A stretch of DNA of 64,000 bases from Ophelia neglecta (Eukaryota), in assembly GCA_965285935.1 (NCBI GenBank), contig OZ260663.1, positions 76,136,001 through 76,200,000 of the forward strand. The letters run 5' to 3'. Position numbers and translations under genes: made by a program. How positions within the stretch are numbered: position 1 is the first letter of the stretch; every line of letters starts with the position of its first letter. Positions 52,460-64,000 of the stretch are shown here, piece by piece. The notes beneath the pieces were generated by a model, which was given only the letters and a program-made list of their open reading frames with translations, had not been told where the DNA came from and did not search any database.

Positions 52460-55400
52460 CTTTTGGCAATGCTGATTGGTTAGATACTGGGCCAATCTGA
52501 GAGGGTTTGAGATCTAAGAAGACAGTGCCATAGAAACCAGTGGAATTTAAATTATATTTATGGCCAAACCTTTGTTATATGTTCCTTTCTGCATGTGAAA
52601 AAAAAACACTAAAAACAGAATGCCTTCTGCTTTAAAACATTATAAGAAACTTATTTTTGCACCAAGAGACGAGTGACATAAGAGTGTTAAAATTCTGGGC
52701 AGAACAGACCCTATCAAGTGACGAGTATTTGTTGGACCTTTAGAGGCCCATTTTCAAATAATACAGACAATTTTATTTAAATTATATTAATATGTTTCTT
52801 CCTCCATATCAGCCTTGAACTAATTATATTACCAAATTTCTTTACCTGAGGCGTCGTCACCTTCTTCAGACTTATAAAAGTTCCTTTCCAGCTCAAGACC
52901 AAGACAATATTGGTGTAATCTTAATAAGTATATTCACACACATCCACAGACTTTTTGCAAAGTCATATCATTTACCTACTGCAGTGTTTGTTGAGGAATT
53001 GAAAACATCGGCGGGTGATTTGGTAACTGGCTGAAATTGTCAGCTACTTTTTTCAAAAGAAATAAGACTTGGTCATAACAATCAGAGCGGATGTCTGAAC
53101 TTAGCCGTGCAACATGATGCCATCGCTGGTGTAAATACTGTATAAATATAGCTGAATATTAAAGATTAATTCAACATTGGGGCTCATTCAGGGGTGAATG
53201 AGAGAACTGTTATTCCAACAGACATTAATTAAACAGGCAGCCAAGGAAAGCCCGTCTCCAAACAGCTAAATATTGAAAATCAAACAGTGTATTTGATGAC
53301 TATAGCAAACAAGTCCGACCATTTTAGCACTTCTAATTCTCTGCCTGAATACAAATGCGTGGTCATGTTTGTCTTCACAGGACCAATTCTAACTTACAAA
53401 TGGTCGATCCTCAGTGGCTTTCCCACAGACATTCTTTTCAGTGCATATATTAAATGTTGATAAGCCTTACATGGATATTACCATATGAAAAGCTTTAAAA
53501 CACTCTACCCTTTAAAAGAACTAGGCCTTCAAGCCATTTCAAAAGGTGCTATAGAGGACCAAATCTGTACAGGAAGTGATAGCTTCTTATAAACAAGACA
53601 GAGTATCCATAACATAATCCTCTTTGCTTTGAGACAACTTATTAAATTTAATTAATTTGTAAAATCTGTTAGGAATATTTTGAGTTGGTTTAAATATAAA
53701 TCATGAATCATATACACACAGTATTAGTAACAGGCAGAGATATACAATGAAATCCCAATTCACATTCAACATTAAATGAATTTTATAACATAAAATTCTA
53801 CTTCTTGGTACATGACACATGTCATGTATAATTACTCCATTCCCTTCCTGCTGATACCTAGTTGTCTCCACTGACTTTTGTCCTTACATGTTCTAGGACA
53901 CCTACAGTACTTATTATTCGGATTAAGCGGCTAGCTAAGCCTCTTTCTCTCATCCTGCCCTCTATTAATTAAAGACGACCACTTCTTGTATCCTCATACA
54001 TTGTTTACAGCCTCTTAATCTGCAAGCCTAATTCTTTTGTTCAGCTATTCTTCAGAGTGCCTGAAACCATGAACCCTCAATTACTTATGTTTAATGTTGG
54101 ACTGGAGATCAGTTCTCCTCAATGACCTCGCCCAGATTAAACGAGTTCAACAAAGACCAAGTGTATGAATAGAAAGTAATTTTATAAATACAATGGTTAC
54201 ACCTGCATCGCTTGGCCTTCTTTATTTATTCAATAGCTAGGTTGTGCAAACCAACCAAAAGGCATGCTGTCATGACCAAATACTGTTATTACAATAACAG
54301 TATAATGAAACATATATTCTTACCATCTGTATTTAGATAATGATACATAAGAAGAGAAAGAACTGTGATTATACACACAAAAGGCTTAGTTAGTAAGAAT
54401 TGGTAAAACAAATTATAGTGAAACAATAAGAAGATTTCAGAAGTTTTTAGTTCATCAAGAGCATACTTTCTTAATTTGACAGCTACTGGGTGTGATATTC
54501 AGAATATACACACTATGCACAGTGACCAAAAGAAATATCAATTTTCTGTGAAGTACAATGACATTAAGTAAGTATATGCATCCCTCAGGTGGGTTGTGGG
54601 GTAAATGATCTTCACGATAAGGTAAATACTCGCCCAAGGGGACTGTTAGCCACCATAATCACCAGCCATATTAATAATCCATTATGTAAAGCTGTGAGGT
54701 CAAATCTGCAAAATATAAACAAAGAGCCAGAAGGCATTCTGGCCATAGCTTGTCTTGATAAACAGCATACACCATCAAATGTACTGTATCATGTGTGCAC
54801 ATACAACTTAGTGGTACAGGTTATTATATATCACATTATCACCAACTGCATTTGACTTTTAACACCATTACATTTTACACTGGTAAGTTAATGTAAGTCA
54901 TTGTTGTCATTATGGTGGTCCTTTAAATGCAGGTAAATCAGTGTTATTTGAATGGAGAATACATTGATTGAAGTTCCCCTCCCTACCATGGTAATTGCTC
55001 TGCCATTTCACAGGTTTTTTAAGAACATGAAGTATTTTCTGTTCTCAACACATCAGAATTATTAGCTACAGAATACACATGAACTTTTATGCAGATCAGT
55101 ATTGATAAGAGATTTGATCACATCAGAAAAGCTTAATGGCTGAATAATGACATTCTCCTGCAAATATGTCCATTATACCATAAACTACATACTAGCGAAC
55201 AAAACATGGCCTTCACAATTACTCTGGCCAGCAAAGGCAGCAAAAACTGCAGGTGTTTCTAGTTTCTTACCCCCTGTGGAATGAGTCACTTTGTTTCACC
55301 CTTTAATATATGGACAAATGATAAACTTTCTACCATTTCTTCTATATCATAACTCGTTGATCGCTGAGCCTAAATAATTGTCCCCTGTGTGCCACGCAAG

Positions 55401-56756
55401 TTCCCACAGGTCAGGGACCATGTTCAGTCAGTGCTGCCTAATTGAGGACAACTTTTTTAACCACTGTAAATAAAATGCCAACATTAAAATCAACAGCGGC
55501 TAAAAATGCTTTATTATGATGGCAATGGTCCCATGCAGGTATAGAAACTGAATTTGTGCTTGAGAAAGGAACTGACCAAAGTTCCCCTGTAATGTCACTA
55601 TGTGGCAACACACATTGATCAGGCTTTTGCATAACAAAAAAGTTCATTTCATTATCAAATATCTCATTTGCAGGCAGAAATATCAATATGCAAATGCAAT
55701 TAAGGCATGTGCTGAGAGAGATGAGGGAGAACATTTCAGAGATAATTGCTGTCACATAGCAAACAGCCCAATTAAATGCTCCAAATCAGAATGGTCAATA
55801 ATTTGGCCCCAGTTTCCGATGTGTGCAGCACTCACACTCCACTCACACCCAGTAATATAACTGGCCTCCCAGCTCAAATGGAGGAATTAGTTTGGGGCTA
55901 GTCTGCACAACTCAATATGCCCTCAGTAGTGCTCCTAGGTATACAAAGTATGAGTCCACAATTAACACAGGCTGACCAAAACAAAGGCACGATAGGCTGA
56001 TCCAGCTTGATTCCCCACTGGATTGTGGGAGAAGTGCAGCCAGGCCGGTATGCCTTGGAGGCTCCCAGGCCACCCTGTGTTGGATTTCTGTGGCCGGCTG
56101 ATAGAAAGGAGGCTACCTGGGGTCAGTGCAGCTAATTTCACAAATACATGTAATAATAAACGCTGTGCCCATAATTAATGGATCTCTTTGAGATCCGCCA
56201 ATGATTCCCCGGCACTAGAAACCAGATCAAAAGCAGAGATGGGATACCAGGAACAGCCATTTGTACCATAGACAAAGCAACAATTGGAAACCGAGTTGCC
56301 ATATACTGAAATATTCATATACTAAAGGCATCATATCTCTATCTAATGGCCAGGAATACTTTCACTATAAAATGACATTCCAATATGGTCATTAACCTAT
56401 TTTTCATCAAGATGCCAACGCCATATTCATGTACACCCAATCATATATAATCACCAAAAATGTATTGTCATAAATAAACAAATTTTACTGACACAATGAT
56501 TTGATCACCATGTGTTCTGGAAAATTAATGAGTTCATGTATATGGAGATTCTAGTATGGGCACTATTTATATAAAAAAAAACCTATAGACACAATAGACT
56601 AGCAACCCAAGTTTCTATAGAACAGGCTCTATTTTTTTTACATTTTGCAGATTTATGTAACTCATGAGCATAACCTTTGACACAGATCATTTAAGAATGG
56701 ATTTCATTATGTAAATTAAGTCCAAAAACATATTGTTCTTGTCAGCTATTACTATA

Positions 56757-56985
56757 GGGGCCTGTTGCATAAATCTTGTTTATCGTCTGAACGCGCTAAG
56801 TTTGAGGGTTAACTCTTTCTAGTCCGTTTATTGGGTTGCATAAACCTAGGTTAAAAGTTAACCCGTTTAATCACATGTTGAAACTATGGCAATCCAATAA
56901 ACACGACAGCAGTTAACGAGTTATAATAAACGAGGTAAATATTTTAACCCGTTCAAATCTAAACAAGATTTATGCAACAGGCCCC
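56757..56985. mobile_element. MITE, PIF/Harbinger-like non-autonomous DNA transposon (~230 bp)
   Basis: Perfect 26-bp terminal inverted repeats ggggcctgttgcataaatcttgttta / taaacaagatttatgcaacaggcccc. If the outermost G/C is counted as target, the 3-bp flanks are TAG/CAG (one mismatch). No ORF. The superfamily is inferred from the GGGCC termini and the 3-bp target. Confidence 0.85.
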
Positions 56986-57437
56986 AGGTGTGCTTGACTC
57001 AACACCTGGGTTGTGTGCTCTCTATGGCAGAATTCTGGTATTTTTTAAATAAGATAAAATGGTGGATGTAAATAAATTAATATACATAAACTTTTATTTT
57101 AGCCAATTTGTTTTTGGAACCTGCATTCAATTTACTTTTGGATAAAAATTGCATGAAGAAACACACAAATCATTGGATGTCACACAAATGAACATGCAGG
57201 TGCCATCCTGTCATCATAGCACATATATGATATATAAAGTCTGTAAGATAATCGACAGGGAAAGAATTTTGTCTGCCTGTGCTTCACTGTAAGTCCCAAC
57301 ACATAAGGCTAAAGCTTCCCACAAAATAATACTAGGGAAAAATAATACTACACACTGTTAGAGCAGTAAGTAAAAACTAAAGTTGCCTCTCCGAAAACCG
57401 CTCATCTACAGACCCAAGGTCAAGGTTATTTGATATA

Positions 57438-57616
57438 TAGTGAAACCTGCCTCAGAGACCACCTCTATAATCAGACCACCTGTCAATTCTGACCACTAAT
57501 ATGAGGATCATTTTGTATACTATTTAATTTTAAATAACCTGTCTAAACTCACCACCTCAGAAATCAGACATACATTGTCCAGTCCCTTTGGTGGTCTTAA
57601 TTCACAGGTTTCACTG
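57438..57616. mobile_element. MITE, Tc1/mariner superfamily (pogo/Tigger-like), ~180 bp
   Basis: TA|tagtgaaacctg ... caggtttcactg|TA: 12-bp TIRs (the first C appears changed to T), a TA target duplication, and subterminal GACCAC repeats (three on the left, one inverted gtggtc on the right). Confidence 0.8.
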
Positions 57617-59755
57617 TATATGCCACATAAGACCCTATTGTGGCATGTTGGGCATAGTATTGGAAATTGCTGGAAAGAAGAAAGCCCTGGATTCTAATTG
57701 AAGAAATTATTCTGCATGGTACCAATCATCTTACCTGGCATAAAAGCACTTTTCAGTTTGAAAAATAGTCATTTTTTACCAGTAAAACTGAATAAATTTC
57801 ATTTCAAATTTCAGAAAATAATAACGTTAATGCGATGGTTGCAAACATTTCATCTGTATTTCCAGTAATTTTATGTCAATTGCATGGCTCATCCCAGGGC
57901 TTACTGAGCAAGAGACGTGGGAGTATCACCCATGACTATTATTAACAGAAGTCACCCGGAACATCATTTTAGCATACCATTAAACACTTGTAATAATAAG
58001 ACTAATCCATCAAAAACATAACTACTAATGCAGAGATAGCCAGCTGTGTACCTTTTAAAAGTGACAAAAGGGGTTTTATGATTTATTATATATATTGTCT
58101 TATTCCACTCGGCTGATATTTAGACAATGGCCCTTGCACGGGTGTTACATATTGTCGGTGTCATGTCAAAATCTCATATATCTGCACTTTTTTCCAATTT
58201 TGAGTTTTTGATACAGAATGATACATTGTTCAAATGCACATTTTCTCGTCAAATCAGTTTGGCGCTGTTTCACCAAATAAGTAGGAATCCGAGAACTCTA
58301 GTTTTAAAACCTCTATGTGCTTAGCTCATTATATTTGTAGCCAACCCCTCCTATGTGTGTCATGTTTGTACATAAGAGGTTTAATTCAAGCCGTCCACAC
58401 TGTATGAGAACCCTTAATTCATGTTTGTTAGAAATACCACATGGTTATTAAGTATATTGAGACTGTTTTTGTTTATTATCTCATTAAAGTGCTCAGTAAA
58501 GCACATATAGGAGCTTTTGACACAAACAACAATGATAACTTATTATCACATTAGCATTCACTAGTGTGAGAAGGATTTACCATTCTCTGTAATAATCTAG
58601 CCATTCACATTATACAGATTAGACCCTTACTAAAGATTTATTGTTAATTCTATACATATCTTATCTCATTTTATTATTTGAGATTCTATTTGTTTTTATA
58701 TAGCTACAAAATTCTGAGCAATAGAACCATTTGTATTTTGCATAAAATAAAGACTAATGATAAATAAATTAATAAATGAAAATATATATTTGGATGGGCA
58801 AAATGGTCTTACTATCTTAAATTCTACACCCATATATAAAAGTATTTCTAGTATAGGGAGCATCTATTCAACACCTCAGAAGCAATCACATTGCTTCAGT
58901 CAAGGCTAGCCTTTGCATGGACAGTAGGGGATGAAGGGGTAAAAGGCACACCATCAATTTCTTTGACAAAACAATAACTTAACATGTATTGTTCTCTTTT
59001 CATTTTGATTCTCACACTCATAAACATCACAATTAGTCACTTGAGGACAATTTTTATCAATAAAAATGTTATCAATGCTTATGATATGTCACAGGTAAAT
59101 GTCTTGCAAGCTAAAGCAAAGCGCTGATAACATCGGCGTCACTTATCGGCATCAGGGACGCTGTAGTGGGTTCCTGAATACACATTTCCATCTTACACAT
59201 TCAAGTTTATTTGATTCTAATACTGCTTAGCTTGTACAATCACCAATTAAATTATTTTGTATGCTATTGTATGTTATCCCTGAGATGCAAGTATGGCAAA
59301 ATACAGCAAAAACACCTGCAAAAACGAGGTAGCGGTCTGCTTATCCAATGTTAACATTACAGTTGCAAACAAATGTATGGCTCCAAATGAATTTTACAAA
59401 GTGGATTATTACATATTAAAAGCTGACACACTTTCTTTGTTCACAGAATATCTTTTAATAGCAGTCAGCAAAGTCTTGTTTAGTTTCTCTCTGGTCAAAA
59501 AAATGCAAAACATTTTTCTTTATCGCAGTACACGCAGACCAAAAATATTTTGACTAAATTCAAAGTCAATTTTTTGGTCATAAAATGGGTCAAGAAAAAC
59601 CTGTGACCCCCTGGCAACCCTGGAGGACCTTTGGCACTTGCCAAGCAGTTAACTCTCACATGTTGACTTACAAGTAAAAGCCTACATTGTGATATGTCCA
59701 TGTCCATGTCCACCAATCTATCCCCAGCTTAGACCAGGAACTACCTTTGCATATT

Positions 59756-61128
59756 ACAGAGTTATAAGAAACATGTATTCAGATCTGACCAATGCAGTTT
59801 ATTTAGGTGGCTATGTGACTAACTTGTTCGATTCTTCCATAGGAGTGAGACAGGGAGAAGTATTGGCCCCCATTTTGTTTATTATGTTCCTGAATGATTT
59901 GATAACTCAAATTAAAAACTCCGATATAGGAGTTGATTTTGACGGTTTGCTCATTTCCATTTTATGTTATGCTGACGATATAGTTCTATTTGCTGAGAGT
60001 GAGGAGAATCTCCAATCTTTGTTGTCCATTCTTAATGACTGGTGTACTAAGTGGAGAATGACTGTTAATCCCCAGAAAACCAAAGTGGTGCATTTTCGTA
60101 AACATAATGACCAACAGACGGACTTTGTGTTTTCCATTGGAGGGTCTCAGTTGGAAGTAGTAGATTCATACCGTTATCTTGGACTCAATGTAAACTTTTC
60201 CCTGGACATGACTAGTAGTGTAGACACTCTTGCGAAAGCCGGAGGAAGGGCTCTCGGAGCGCTTACAACTAAGTTTTTTGACCCCTCCTGCTGTTTAACC
60301 TACGAGAGCTTCACGAGGGTCTACAATAGCACGGTTGTACCGGTTATGGACTATTCAGCTGGTATTTGGGGAACAGCTTTTTACTCGAAATGTGAGACTG
60401 TTCAAAATCGGGCCATGCGCATTTTTCTTGGAGTTAATAAATGTGCCCCTGTGGCCGCCATTTACAATGACTTAAAATGGACTCCTCCACATATCCGTCA
60501 CCGTATTGAAACTGTGAGATTGTGGCTACGTTTATGCTCTATGCCTGAAAATAGACTTACGTATAAACTGTTTTGTAGAGATAAATCTAATTGGCGTCGT
60601 AGCATAAGAGAAACTCTGGTATCTAGCGGGTTGTCTAACATTTATGAATCCAAAAATTTCGAGGGTGTTTCTACCAAATATGTATTGGATAAAATTAAGG
60701 AAAATCTGTTAAATACCTTTAAATCCAAAATTGCTAGAGACATAGCTGAGTTCTCAAGATTGAAACTTTATCGCACATTGAGTGATAATTCTTATATTCG
60801 TGTTGTTTCTCGTAAATTACGGAGTGCATTGGCCAGGTTACGCACAGGTACTCTTCCACTAGAGATTGAACTTGGTAGATTTCGTGGTATTCCAGCAAAT
60901 GAGAGATTATGTAAAAGATGTAACTTAGAAGTTGTTGAAGATGAACTACACCTTCTTACTATTTGTCCATTATATAGAAATGATCGATTGGTTTTGTTTA
61001 ACTCACTTAATATTCTTGATATGCAGTCGCTGACTAATGCGTTAGACTCTGGCAGTATTGACAAGCTGAAAGTTATAGCTAAATTTATTTTGTCTAGTCT
61101 TAAGACTCGTGACCATGTAAAAATGTAA
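59756..61128 (+). pseudogene. Truncated LINE ORF2 (RT C-terminal half + Cys/His domain) with the reading frame still open
   Basis: Part of ORF 59689-61128. It lacks the endonuclease and the N-terminal RT motifs, and the first ~22 codons of the predicted ORF are flanking host DNA. Confidence 0.85.
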
Positions 61129-61263
61129 AATTATAATGTTTACTGCACTTGATGGTGCCTCATAAGCCAAAGAGGCTGGGTATACGACCTTGTAATTTGT
61201 AATATTGTTGCTCACATTTAAATATGTATACGTGGCACTTAAATAAAATAATAATACAAAATA
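59756..61263 (+). mobile_element. 5'-truncated non-LTR retrotransposon (LINE; RTE-X or L2/CR1-group-like), about 1.5 kb
   Basis: C-terminal half of a reverse transcriptase: GVRQGEVLAPILF, LCYADDIVL, VNPQKTKVVHF, YRYLG. The C-terminal Cys/His motif is LEIELGRF..RLCKRC...EDELHLLTICPLY. Stop at 61128, short 3'UTR, AATAAA at 61242 and an A-rich tail. Candidate TSD CATATT at 59750-59755 and 61264-61269. The clade is tentative. Confidence 0.92.
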
Positions 61264-61614
61264 CATATTCTGTATTAACATATACATACGCTATATACAC
61301 GATTAATGAATGATTTATCAATTAACTGTTGTTTCATTTATCTGGCCTTGTGCCTATGATTTTGTCACAAGGCCCCATCAGATCATGTTGGCTCTTGTCC
61401 AGCTCCACAATACATTACTGCCTGCCATGAGTGGGATACAGCACAATTATTATGCACTAAAACAATACAAATTCAATATTCTGCCTTAATTTGGTTTTTT
61501 CAACAACACCCATATGCACATATCCATCATAAAACTATATGCTGATAAAATTGTAGAAGAGATCAACAACACTGGCAAACACATGGAACAACAATACGTG
61601 GATATAGACTAGAC

Positions 61615-61630
61615 TGACCTGGAGTGACCT
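61615..61630 (-). promoter_or_regulatory. Second perfect nuclear-receptor DR4 element
   Basis: Plus strand TGACCT-ggag-TGACCT, which is AGGTCA-ctcc-AGGTCA on the minus strand. Motif match only. Confidence 0.5.
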
Positions 61631-64000
61631 GCTGTTGATTCTGCTCACCTGACAAAGTCCTCAGCATCTCCAAACATAGCATACAGACTCACAGCTAGCT
61701 TACTAATTAACTAATTGCTCTCTGCCCACTCTCACTGCCAGTCAGCCTTTCAATGGGCTCAGCCACTGTCAGACAGGCTCAGCAACCTTATATCAATATA
61801 ACACCTCAGGCCCAGCGCTGTAGCTTTGTTTAATAGAAAAAAATTAATATATTACACTTTGTAGGATGTAACGCCAAGCGCAGGGAGACAACAGCGGTGC
61901 GACGTGTTTTGTTTCCATATCAACTGCAGGTGAGTTAATCCGCTAGAGTGATTAGTGGAAGACTGGACAAGAATAATGCCTGAGTAATGTGGCAAGAGCA
62001 AATTATCTCTCACAATGAAACATACCCGTCGCACAGACAGCCGTGGCCATGTGGTGCTTTGTCATTGCAGGAAAATCTTTATTAATATTTCATTTACAGA
62101 TAGCATTAATTGTGGAAGGTAGCAAGAGAATCAGGTCAGCTATAGTGTTGAAATGACCTCTTCCTGAGGTAACAAAAAGTCACTCAAAGAACAGGTGACG
62201 GACTAGTGACTCAGGCTTTGGTCCATTTACCAAAATAATATAGACATATGTACAAATAAGTATGAATATGTCAAATTATGGCAAGAAAGCTGGTGGTCTA
62301 TTAATATAATCACCGTAGGAGACCCCCACTCGGTGGAATCTTGGCACTAAGCTAATGAATTGCTAATACCAGGAGAGAATCTGACTTACATGCCTTGTTT
62401 TCTCATGGGATTTCACCCTTTAAGCCTATCACTGATTACAAACTTAACAGTGAGGAATGAAAACATTTATTTTGTTGATTACTTACTATGTGAACATTAA
62501 ATTAACCAAAACATGTTTAAATAATCAAGACAATGATGATAGGAAATATTTCACAGCCTCTACAGTATGGAGTGTTTCACCAAACCATAATATTTAGTTA
62601 TATATGGGTTTTTCCTAATGATATTACAGACGTGTCAATGAAACTTTAATATGGATTCGGGTCAGGTCACAGACACCCTAATATAAAAGGCATATTATAT
62701 CAGATCAGCCCATATTATAGGAGGTTGGTGTCATTGACAATGGGATCAATATCAAGCCATCACAGAGCGATGGACATCTGCTTCCTGCGCTCAACACAGT
62801 ATAAAACTGATTGGTGACAAACAGCTGCTAATAGGCTCAGTCTACAGGTGCATTGACGTACAGGCAGCTACAAAGTTTGGTTTTGTTTTTCATTAATGAA
62901 GAGGAATTCTTTTTAATTCACTTAATGAACAAACATGTGATTCATAGGAATCATGTATGCAAATGCCAAATAATTATTTTGTCATGATGGTGCAAATACA
63001 CATCCACTCCATCCCACATTTTCAAAAACTACAATATTTTTATTTTAAGCAGCACTTCATGAAGCAATACGTCAGGGCTGTTTAAAAACACAACAAGAAT
63101 AAACAAGCATCTCATGCACCTCAACATTAATGTATAAATACATATCTAAACAAGTCATTTAGAAAAGCATGTCCCCCATCAATGTATACGGATGGGGCAT
63201 CATCTGTCTACTTGAAGAAGTGACAGTCCAGAAGTGGCCAAGAAGTTGCTCACTATCATTGGTTTTATCTATTTCATCACATTTGGTTTTGTCTACTTCA
63301 TGTCTTAAATAATATAGGTAGGGGAATCTTGAAAATACCCTTTTCAGAGTGCTGCAGAATACCACATAGCCCAATCCATATAACCCTCCATGTTTAAAAT
63401 GAAAAAAGGTGGGGGCAACTATTTGACCTTTTTCATCCCCATTACATTGCAGTTTTTATTAATGATAACTCATACATTGACATTTCAAAGCAATTGGTCA
63501 CTGTCCAATTCATTAACTTATGGACTTAAAACTTAAAATATTGATTAATTAAAAGCGGTGTATCACATCATAATATTATGTTATTAATAAACTGAACAAC
63601 AGCCTTGTATCTCGGGGTTCATTTCCAAATATATACAGATGATAAGTAAAATACTGCTTACAATGGGCAAAAAGCCTTAAAGCTTTCTTCTACATGCATA
63701 CACAGTACATGTATGTACATATACACTTTAAAGACCCAATGTATTCAATGTCATGGTCAAGAAATGCTCTATAGTGCAAGTTGTTTTGGTGAATTTTCCA
63801 AGAAATTAAATGTGTTACAAGAGAAGGTGTGCTGGTCAATACTGCACCTTGAGAGCCATCTCGAGTTGGTCATTCACCATCATCAGGACTAACAAACTTT
63901 GTCTTAGTGACAGGCGCAAAGTTTACTTTTTATGGTGTGTGCCTGGACAAGTGCTGATCTATTTTTAATCCCCACAATCTAGATTTCAAAGCTGAAAATC

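Larger units (their letters stand above)
10963..64000 (-). other. Upstream non-coding region: 5'UTR intron(s) and/or regulatory region of ZFHX
   Basis: No credible host ORF in 53 kb. The acceptor at 10963 requires an upstream exon, but the promoter and first exon could not be located. Confidence 0.6.

Noticed and set aside
12536-57740. Strong minus-strand donor-like sites (e.g. ~16613, ~34805, ~35243, ~57732) as ZFHX 5'UTR exon ends
   Set aside because: Several such matches are expected by chance in 50 kb and cannot be assigned without transcript data.
7050-59020. Su(H)/CSL sites (YGTGRGAA), about 7 seen
   Set aside because: The count is about what chance predicts, and no paired site was seen.
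59611-59622. tggcaaccctg as a hAT-like transposon end
   Set aside because: No matching opposite TIR or 8-bp TSD was found.
59689-59755. N-terminus MICPCPCPP of the 479-aa ORF as a real protein start
   Set aside because: It derives from host flank with a (TGTCCA)3 repeat upstream of the candidate TSD, and the start codon is GTG rather than ATG.
63160-63200. Hairpin ccccatc/gatgggg as a Helitron 3' end
   Set aside because: The following CTAA is not followed by the expected T target, and no 5' end was identified.

Overview
Animal genomic DNA, not prokaryotic. Residues of the main protein suggest a protostome, plausibly a lophotrochozoan. The one host coding feature is a very large (~3.65 kb) first coding exon of a ZFHX3/ZFHX4 (zfh2/ATBF1-family) zinc-finger homeobox gene on the minus strand: exon 7315-10962, CDS 7315-10909. 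It encodes about 1,198 aa with the N-terminal C2H2 finger clusters. I found no homeodomain-coding exon in the window. The rest is non-coding: at least 7.3 kb of downstream intron and about 53 kb of upstream intron or regulatory sequence. That upstream region holds a 64-bp minisatellite with a 6-unit higher-order period, two MITEs (PIF/Harbinger-like and Tc1/mariner-pogo-like), a young 5'-truncated LINE with an uninterrupted RT ORF, and a diverged 250-bp-offset duplication. The most notable cis-regulatory signals are two perfect nuclear-receptor DR4 elements, a paired RFX X-box + forkhead + CCAAT module, and two overlapping uORFs just before the start codon. I see no evidence for a wholly new multi-gene system. 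The best leads are regulatory hypotheses about this ZFHX locus.
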